64,000 bases of DNA from Octopus vulgaris (taxonomy: Eukaryota): NCBI GenBank assembly GCA_951406725.2, contig OX597831.1, forward strand, positions 14,384,001 to 14,448,000, read 5' to 3'. Below the pieces are notes generated by a model, which had not been told where the DNA came from, did not search any database, and saw only the letters and a list, made by a program, of their open reading frames with translations. Each line of letters starts with the position of its first letter. Position 1 is the first letter of the stretch. A program made the position numbers and the translations under genes. Shown here piece after piece: positions 54,296-64,000 of the stretch.

Positions 54296-54974
54296 TACAT
54301 ACATACATGTGAATACCTAAAGGCACACACAATTACATAAGTAAAGAATATAATAAGCGCAGAAATTATAAAGCGTATTTTTATATATTTATTTATTTTC
54401 ATCGAATGAATTTAATCTTGGAAAAACGAAAAAAAAAAAACATAACAAAGCAAAAAAAAGGCCAAAATCTAAGAAAAAACAACATAGAAAACAAAACAAA
54501 AAAAAAACAAAAAAAGATAAATTATAAAAAAACACGTGACCTGCCATATTTTCTCGCCGTCGTGTTTCAAGGTATTTAGGAACCTGATGACTGTGTTGGT
54601 CGCTCTGTAGAAGTACGTGGCCCTGTGGATATGAACGTTCGGCTCATGAACACATGGTCGTGGGTTCTATTCCTGAACCAGGCGGCTCGTCGTATTCTTA
54701 AGCCAAGCACTTCATTTCACGTGGATCCTGTTTAATTAGTTGTAATGAGTACGAACCGGTGGGTGACCAGTGGATTCCCACCGCTCTCTCGTTCCCCAAC
54801 CGTTAGATACTGTTGTTCTGCAGGTTCAAAGGCCGACAGGGGCCGACAAGGTGATGTATATTCCTGCATGAAATTACATGAAGGTACCTAAGGAAATTTG
54901 TCAAAATATGCTACACGTTACCAAATCATTGTTGCTCACATGTGGCGGATGGATGTTTTATGCAAGTAAAATAT

Positions 54975-55270
54975 CCTTTCTATTGGAGGCACAAAGCCTC
55001 AAATTTGGTGGGTGGGGATAGTCAATTACATCGACCCCAGCGTTTCACTGGTACTTAATTTATCGACCCCGAAAGGATGAAAGTCAAAGTCGACCTCGGC
55101 GGAATTTGAACTCAGAACGTAACGGCAGACGAAATACCGCTAAGCATTTCATCCGGCGTGCTAACGCTTCTTATTTCTTTACTGCCCACAAGGGGCTACA
55201 CACAGAGGGGACAAATTTGAACTCAGAACGTAGCGCCTGGCGTGCTAACGCTTCTGCCAGTTCACCGCCT
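54975..55270 (-). mobile_element. SINE family B (GAGTTCAAATTCCGCCGAGGTCGAC core)
   Basis: The same core recurs at ~5625-5850, 6480-6845, 7800-7990, 8505-8775, 21605-21736, 32750-32940, 41035-41215, 48240-48415, 48780-48960, 49850-50090 and 56318-56532. Confidence 0.8.
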
Positions 55271-55392
55271 TTGTATGGCAAGCAAAATATGTTGTTCTTA
55301 CTGTTTTTGTCGTTTAGCCCCGAGTCAGACCTGACCGATCAGACATATAATCAAAGTCACTTCAGATGTGACCATCCTGTCTTTTCTAGGAA

Positions 55393-55715
55393 CAGGCGCG
55401 TGGCTTAATAGTTTGGGTACTCCGTTCGCGATCTTACATCTATGAGTTCGATTCCTGGCAGCGCACTGTGTCCTTGAGCAAGACACTTTATTACTCGTTG
55501 CTCTAGTCCGCTAAGTTGGTGAAAATGAGTTGTACCAGTATTTCAAAGGGTCAGCCTTGTCACACTCTGTGTCACGGAGAATCTCCCTGATAACTACGTT
55601 AAGGGTACACGTGTGTGTGGAGTGCTCAGCCACTTGCACGTTAGTTTCACGAGCAGGCTGTTCCGTTGATCGGATCAACTGGAACCCTCGTCGTCGTAAC
55701 CGACGGAATGCCAGT
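55393..55715 (+). mobile_element. tRNA-derived SINE family F
   Basis: GAGTTCGATTCC B box followed by a GTGTCCTTGAGCAAGACACTT core. Confidence 0.6.
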
Positions 55716-55725
55716 CAGTCTGGAA

Positions 55726-55904
55726 CAGTGCTTCTTAAACTATGAGTCGTGACCCCTAATGGGGCTGCGAAGCGAAATGCGGGGGTCACGAAAATTAAAC
55801 TCGGACGTTTGAATCTCAGTTTAAGGGTTATTTCACAAATCTTAAAACTACTAATGTTTTGGCAAATAATATAACTACTTTTTTATACGTATATTGTTCA
55901 GCAA

Positions 55905-55993
<89 letters not shown>

Positions 55994-56285
55994 GAAGAAG
56001 AAATTTTTAGACATTCGCTAGTATAACTCTAAGTACAAAATCAAATATATGGCACCCTAGGCATAACACCATCACGAATTTCCTACTTGCTGTCCGTTGA
56101 AGTCTCTGGGTGAGACTTGGACCAGCTTGTGCAAATGTAATGCAAAAGTCAAACATAGAATAATAATAACAATAAACGATTTATACATTTATTTGTATGT
56201 TTTATTACATATTTAATAGTTGGGGTCGCGAAAAATCTCGTGATAAAAAATGGGGTCATGAATGAAAAAAGTTTAAGAAGCGCTG
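55726..56285. mobile_element. hAT (Charlie-type) non-autonomous element with an internal (AAT)n
   Basis: TIRs CAGTGCTTCTTAAACT / AGTTTAAGAAGCGCTG, 8-bp TSD-like GTCTGGAA / GTCAAGAA, subterminal GGGGTCGCG repeats. Confidence 0.8.
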
Positions 56286-57599
56286 GTCAAGAAGTTGGAC
56301 TACGGCTACGTTATATTGGTTTCAAATTCTGGCACAAGGCCAGCAAGTTTGGGGGGGGGAAAAGGTCAAATGCATAAACTGCAAGTGTTCAACTGGTACT
56401 TATTTTATCGACCTCGAAAGGACGAAAGGTAAAGTCGACCTCGGCGGAATTTGAACTCAGAACGTAGCGGCAGACGAAATACCGCTAAGCATTTCGCCCG
56501 GCGTGCTAATGATTCTGCCATCTCGCCGCCTTATAACTACGTTATACTATGTGTCTTTTTCCATTTTTATAGTGATCCAACGACTTTCTGTCGAAGTCTG
56601 GGATTCAGCTAGAAATGATATTCTATCTGATCTAGCACTCTGCGTTTCGAGTTCAAATCCTGCCGAGGTTAACTATGTTTTTCAACCTTTCCGGGTAAAT
56701 AAATAAAGTACAAACCCGGGACGAGACGTCTTGTCGTATCTGTTAGAACTCTTTGCGTTTTGGTGGCAATGCCTACGAGTGCCTTAATGTCTGACTTCAT
56801 CGATATTTGACCTTTTCTCGGGCAACTTTGATGGGGTGGCGAGAGGGAAACTGGCTTGTGTGGGCAACTACTGGTTTTCCATAATACCTATGTGATAATG
56901 AACTGGCCATGCTTGCAGCATAACGAAGTACTTTGCAGGTATAAATCCATAGACTCATAACATTTATGGAAGCATCGGTGACTGAGGTCAGGCAAAGCTG
57001 GCTGCTCTTTCTTGCAGGCTAAGCGACCTTGTAGGAGCTCTCTGATTGGTTCGTTAAGTTTGTGTAAAGTGTGAATGTTTTGAAATTAAAAATCGATTTT
57101 ATTCAAAATGTCTTTCTGAAGCCAAATAAACGAGGACGCCTCTACAGAGTTATTTAATCTTCTAAAAACAGCAGTCGTATCGCCCTTAAGTAACAGACTA
57201 TTTTCGTAATGAATGAAGGAAACCATGGATAACGTTGTCTTTTGCGCATTGAAAAGGGATGAGATGCTCATGGTTGGAACGGCTTTAATCTGACCTTAGG
57301 CTTCTGCTCTGCCTCACCACCACCATCACCACCACCACCACCACCACTACCACTGCCTTAAAGTCGCATATAAGTTGTTGTTATTGTTGCTTAATCCCAA
57401 GTCAGATTTGATCGAGCAGATCCACAAAGGATTGAAAGAATTGTCTCAGAACAAAAATCAGAAAACCAATCAAAGTACAGGTGACTAGAAGTCTTCTGGA
57501 ACCTTCTTAGCTGTCATCTATAATTGTGTATGATTCGGGCGACTCATACATATGGTGAGCGAATTTCAACAACAATCTTTTGCTCATCCATGACATTAT

Positions 57600-57900
57600 A
57601 GACAAAATTTCCTGGCACAAAACTTGCCGCAGTTACTCCAGAATACTGTTTGTCGGTAGCCCTGGTGTACCGGGTCTTGGTTTACCCCTTCTCTTTATTT
57701 TCTTGTGTTGTTTTCACTCTGAAAGTTTCATTCCTGACACCTGACCAGCCAGAAAGAACACGTTTCGCAGTTTCACTTCAAGGATCTGAAGTTAGTTGAC
57801 CAGCTCTGTCACTGTAAAAAATAATTTTCATCTCAGGCGCATGGTCAGAAACTTATAAGAAGATGTCCAGTAGATCCAAATAACTCAGTACTTGTGTGGG
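57600..57900 (-). mobile_element. Possible RTE-group LINE C-terminal relic
   Basis: Degenerate LAG(H/Q) and GKPRPGxP remnants. Weak evidence. Confidence 0.3.
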
Positions 57901-58589
57901 ACTTGACCTTGTTGCTTATACAAAGATGAAGGTCAAACTAACCATATGATAGTTGAAATCAGAACGTAAAAAGTATTTTGTCCGAAGCTATAACAGTTTT
58001 CTTAATTCCCAGCTCTGTCACTCAATGCAATATAATGATTGAAAACATTGAAAAGATTCAGAAAATTAAGAATCTTACGTTTTTTTCTTCTCTTGCTTTT
58101 GAAAAAAAAGAAAAAAGAATGACAGAATACCGGAATGACAAGAAAGGATGGCAGATTAATCAGATGCAAAAATAGAAGAGAAATTAATTTATAATCGTAT
58201 GCTGTGTATCATTCAGGTCATGTCATTTTCGCCTTTTCCATTAAATGGAAAAGTCATTTTTGTTTCTGCTTTTTGGTTTTTGGTGAGAAGGAGGAGAAGC
58301 AATTTATTTTTGCTCAATATAAAATGTAGACCCAGGCATGGCTGTATGGTAAAAAGTTTGCTTCCCAACCACATGGTTTCGGGTTCGATTTCACTGCATG
58401 GTAACTTAGGCGCCTCGGTCCGACTAAAGCTTTATCAGTGGATTTGGTAGACGGAAATTCCTCCTGATTATCGGATATGGAAAAGCATATTTGTTCATCT
58501 CCTCAACATTACAATTATTGTGTTTTGTATGTATTTCGTATATTTATCACTTTTATTGATATGGTTTATACTGTTCTGCTTTTAGTAAT

Positions 58590-59890
58590 GCTCAGTCTTA
58601 CAAGACAATGATTAGAAGAACCGGATTTGTTGCGCAAAAATATTCTGAAGTGATTCGCTTCGTTAGAGATGGAAGGGTTTTATCTAAATTGTCCCGTGAC
58701 ATGCTTCATGTGTTTCGCAGAAAAATACAACATTGTTGTGCAACAAATACGCTTACTTCACAGTCGAAATCAAATGGCATCCCTTTGAAGCTACTGGGAG
58801 ACACTAAATAAGATAAGCACTAGTTTGAATTTCAACCAAGGTAAACAGACGAGAGAGAGAGAGAGCTGCGCAAATGGCCATTTTTCAGGACCAGCGAAAC
58901 AATAAAAGGGAGTTCGAAGTCCTGTAGCGAATGCTTGCAAAACATTGTTTATCGATTGTTTCTACACCTTTATTGAAATGGTTTCGTGACAGGCTTCATG
59001 TGTACCACAGAAAAAACGCTACATTTTTGTACAAACAAATGTTTCTCAAGGTAGAAAATCAGATAACATCACGTTACGGGCATCGGGAATTTCTAACTAA
59101 AAACAAAACTCGTAAACGTCTGATGGGTAAAATCAGACAATGGAGGGAGGACGACAAACAAATAATAAACACTGACGTCGCATTGGACCTCCAGATAATA
59201 ATAAAATGCGAATTGATCACCGAAAAATAAAACAACAGGGAAAAATTTAATAACAACGAAGCCAATGTTGAACCCCAAATCCTCGAATTAAGTGGGATCA
59301 GATAGAACAACGGCTTGGTCAATATTGCCCCTTACAAAAGAACAAGTCAGAGAAATAGGGTAGAAAAATATTGACCAAAAACCAATGAAAACTGATAGCA
59401 ATTCACAAAAACCGGATACAGAACGTCATTGACCAATCATCGAACAGACAAGACCCCATAAAATATTTAACGAATATCCAATAAATGATAGCTTAAAGAA
59501 ACCGGATACAACAAAGGAAACGGACTAATATTATAAAAAAGTTAACTAGATTAATACCCAGCAGCTAACCAACGGAAATCAAAGTCACTCAGAAAACAAT
59601 GAGTTCGGTTTAAAGTTTGAATACACATAAAACAATCTTGAATTATCCGACAGCAGTCTACTGAATGATCAATGTGGAGTAAAGCTCGAGTTGTGGAGCT
59701 AAGACTTTAGTTTAAATAAACAAGATGGCCATCATGATTTTAGTGAGTATTGTCATTTTATTTTACTTGCAAACTGTGATTCTTCTGTAGATATAAATTT
59801 GTTAATTTTTGTGAATGCTTAATTTGTATACCTCGAGTCATGCTGATGATTTCTAAAAAGAATGAAACGGTGCTATACATGATTACAAAT
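58590..59890 (+). mobile_element. Decayed Penelope-like element ending in a degenerate hammerhead
   Basis: Fragmented Lys/Asn-rich ORFs (58608, 58931) and an SLNKQ-like C-terminal remnant near 59710-59725. Then GTCATG-CTGATGA-TTTCTAAAAAGAAT-GAAA-CGGTGCTA-TA-CATGAT at 59837-59883. Confidence 0.45.
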
Positions 59891-60056
59891 GACGAAATAT
59901 TGTAATTAGTTTGTTATAAGTAAGGAAAACAAACATATTCTATGCCTCTTTCCATTTATTCTTTTAATTTGAAGTTCAAACTTCTAATTCCGCCAAATAT
60001 TATGAAATATTTATCTCCCTTGTAGTTACTGTCCGCTATGGGACTCCACGTTTTAG

Positions 60057-60093
<37 letters not shown>

Positions 60094-60134
60094 TAAACAT
60101 ATACATGTATATACATGTATATATATATATATAT

Positions 60135-60171
<37 letters not shown>

Positions 60172-61217
60172 GTGTAGTAAAGCTTCAAGTGGAACAGCAC
60201 CCGATGTACTAAGATAGTGAAGATTATGTAATAATGAAAATCCCAATACTTGTAGATTTCATTATAACATTATACATATATATATATATAGTACATATAT
60301 AGTATATATATATACTGTATATATAGTATATATATATATACTGTATATATATGTGTGTGTATGTATGTCTATATATGTATGTATATATATGTATATATAT
60401 ATATGTGTGTGTGTGTGTTATGTGTATGTACAGATGTATATATATTGCATATATGCATACATCCACGTATACGCACCCATCCATACACGCACGCACACAC
60501 ACACACATTAAGAAGATTCAGTACTATTTGAACAGTTATGTGAGAATTCTTCATTTAATAAAGTAATTGGTTACGATAACAATAGATTCGCTTTTAAAAT
60601 GGACGTTGCAAAACATAGTTTATATAAATAACCAAACTGAAAGCGTTTTAACTAATTCTATTTTCTATAATTGGAGATTCTATTTTAGACAATCTCCAAA
60701 GAATTTCCATTGATGGTAACCAAACTATATATATACGTTTCTTCAGCGTTCACCACTTCACATCGTTATGGCTCAAAAGCCCTCACCGTTTGTTCTTACT
60801 GTTATGTTTTTGTTACCACTTTAATCCTCCACAAAAAAAAATCCCAAATTTTATTTAATTTGATTTGCGGGAAGAACTGTTTTAAAGAAGTCGCCTCCTG
60901 CCCCTACCTTCGAAATGCAGAGTAGATAAAGCAGGGGCCAACTGTTGCCTGTCTCGTTTCCCTATTTGTTTCTTTCGTTGTTCGAAAAAAAAAAAATCGT
61001 TTTCCATGTTTTTGTTATTTATGTTCACATTTCTCATTTTGTCCACGTTTTTTGACGTCCTGTACCCACATATGCACGTGTATGTATATATATATATACA
61101 TATATATGGAGGCATGTACATATATGCGTGCATATGATATACATATATGTTATATATATATATATACATATATATGGAGGCATGTACATATATGCGTGCA
61201 TATGATATACATATATG

Positions 61218-61259
<42 letters not shown>

Positions 61260-62172
61260 TATATACACACACATATATGTGCGCACATACGTACATAGAT
61301 GTACACACACATGCATGTATTTGTACTCTTAAAGTTAAATATTGATTAAGTATTCTACTTGGCGGGCGTCATTTCATCATGATGTAACAAAAAAATATAT
61401 ATCTAGGCGCCGGAGTGGCCGTGTGGTAAGCAGCCTGCTTACCAACCACATGGTTCTGGGTTCAATCCCACTGCGTGACACCTTCTACTATAGCCTCGGG
61501 TCGACCAAAGCTTTATAAGTGGATTTGGTAGACGGAAACTGAAAGAAGCCCGTCGTATATATGCATAAGTATGTATATGTTTGTGCGTCTGTGTTGTCCT
61601 CCCCCGCCCTAGGATCGCTTGACAATCGATGCTGGTGTGTTTACATGCCCATCACTTAGCGGTTCGACAATTGAGACCGATATAATAAGTACTAGGCTTA
61701 TAAAGAATAAGTTCTGGGGTCGATTTTCTCGACTAAAGGCGGTGCTCCAGCATGGTCGCAGTCAAATCAATGAAACAAATAAAAGAAGAAAAGAATAAAA
61801 GAATATTTTGTTTTAATATTAATCCTTTAAAATAGACACCAAATATGACAGTCACAGGCATAAGACAAAATACATTCTAAGACAATGTGATAATAGTACA
61901 TATTTATGGAGAGCTTCTAGCAGTGTAGCAAGGAGTAACTCCGATTCTTCAGTCTTCGTATCAACCCTTGAAAAATTTTGTGACGAGCGAAATTTCCAAC
62001 AAACCACATGCTATTTCGTTCGAAAGCAGAAGAGCCTTTTAGTGTGGTCTTGAAAGTTTTACGTACTATATATATATATATATATACATATATATTGATA
62101 AAAATTGTAAGACAACAAAAGAAAGAAAGAGATCTCGATATTATGTAAATAGAGGATATACACACACACACA

Positions 62173-62238
<66 letters not shown>

Positions 62239-62601
62239 AAATAAGCGTGTGAGTTACGATAGAAAGCTTTTGCTTATAGGTCTACTAAACAACATAATGC
62301 TACACATAATGCCCGAAATGGTTGCACTTCCGGTGTCACCTTAAATTATATTCTCCTTCATCCACCATTAAATGTAGTGCTGCAATAGAGATGGATAGAT
62401 AGATAGACAGATAGATTGAGACAAAGGGAGGGAGGAGGAGGCATTTTGATGGAAGTCAAGCCAATGGAGATGCAGATAAGATTTCTGTTGGTTATGGTAT
62501 TTTCCGTTTGGTGAGCTACACTTACATGAGGATGTCGTAATCCAGATTTTTCTGCCAGAATCCAACTTTTAGCATGAAACACCACATAAGTAAGCAAATA
62601 C

Positions 62602-62675
<74 letters not shown>

Positions 62676-63013
62676 CATATATATATATGTATATATATAC
62701 ATATATATATGTATATATATATATGTATATATACATATATGTATATATACATATGCATACATATATATCTATATATATATACATAATGCTTACATACATA
62801 TATATATATATATATATACATATATATATGTATATATGTATGCATCTATATATATATATCCATTTATGTACATATGTGCATATATATAGACATATATGTA
62901 TATATATGTATATACATGTGTATATATAATGCATAATATATTTATACACACATATATTCATATGTATGTATGTATATATGAATGCGTGTTTGTGAATATC
63001 TGTGCATGTGCAC

Positions 63014-63051
<38 letters not shown>

Positions 63052-63553
63052 GTGTGTGTGATCGTGTGTGTGTGTAGCAATAGAATCTAAGAAACGGAAA
63101 TGATTCTGTTTTCTATTAACTGTGTGGAGATTCCTGGTCGCCTTCACCGGATATTGTCAAAGATAAAGACGGATATTACTGCCATTCAATTGTAAAACAG
63201 ATCGATTTCTGATTATTTTAACTTCTTTCACGAACATCGTTTTTTTCCTTTTCTTTTTCTCCTTTTGGTTTTGTTCGTTTGTCAAGAATCAATGTCGCGA
63301 TAATAAGAGACCAAAAGAGAGACGTGTAAAGTTTTGGCAAAGAATCAGACGTGCAGAAATCTCAAGAACAGAAATACAAAATAATTTCGAAAATGGCTAA
63401 AAAAACTAAATACTAATAAATAAATAAATAAACAAACAAAAAGCCACATGTGATGTCCAGTTTCTCGCTCTTTACTATTAATTGGTCAGTCTGTTTGTCT
63501 GAAAGACCACGGACAGCCACGTCTATATCTACTGACCACACACACGTATATAT

Positions 63554-63623
<70 letters not shown>

Positions 63624-64000
63624 ATGTATATGCGTATATATACATACATACACACATATATATATATATGTATACATATATATACATATATATATATGAT
63701 TGAAAATATTTACACATCGTCTGAGGAAACACGACTAGATCTCATTAGGCAAGGAAACGGTTGCATAATCATGTACATGATGCACACCTGGGGAACTACG
63801 TTGCGTAGAAACAATTGTAGTGATTGAGAATAAATGTCCAACCGTACTCCTTGTTGACTCCAAATTTTTTCAGCTTTTTGAATTATCTATTGACATACGA
63901 CAGAAGCCCAAATGCAAACCTGGAAGTATGTATAATATTTACTACTGGCTGGCTCAGGAAGAAATCTGAAGGCGGACGAACTTTATAATGTAATCTACTA

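Overview
This is AT-rich, microsatellite-saturated eukaryotic genomic DNA. The SINE families and repeat load suggest an octopus or other coleoid cephalopod, which is an inference rather than something proven here. One protein-coding gene can be assembled. It is CIR1 (corepressor interacting with RBPJ 1, a CWC25-like spliceosomal protein) on the minus strand, with seven phase-consistent GT-AG coding exons from the ATG at 14583 down to the window edge, and a promoter with ETS, ACTACA-type and CRE motifs at about 14840-14890. The remaining 49 kb or so contains no recognisable intact gene. It holds several tRNA-headed SINE families, decayed LINEs (CRE/R2-group with REL endonuclease, CR1-group, RTE-like), Tc1/mariner relics, hAT/pogo/piggyBac-type MITEs and very long simple repeats. 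Almost all long ORFs in the track are microsatellite artefacts. The most interesting signal is a set of type I hammerhead ribozyme motifs with palindromic stem III, typical of Penelope-like elements and retrozymes. One is nearly intact (44903-44983). Others sit in large palindromes, and one pair lies inside a tRNA-headed SINE-like palindrome within CIR1 intron 2. CIR1 introns also carry several long foldbacks that could form ADAR or back-splicing substrates. All folds were read by eye, and TE and repeat boundaries are approximate.
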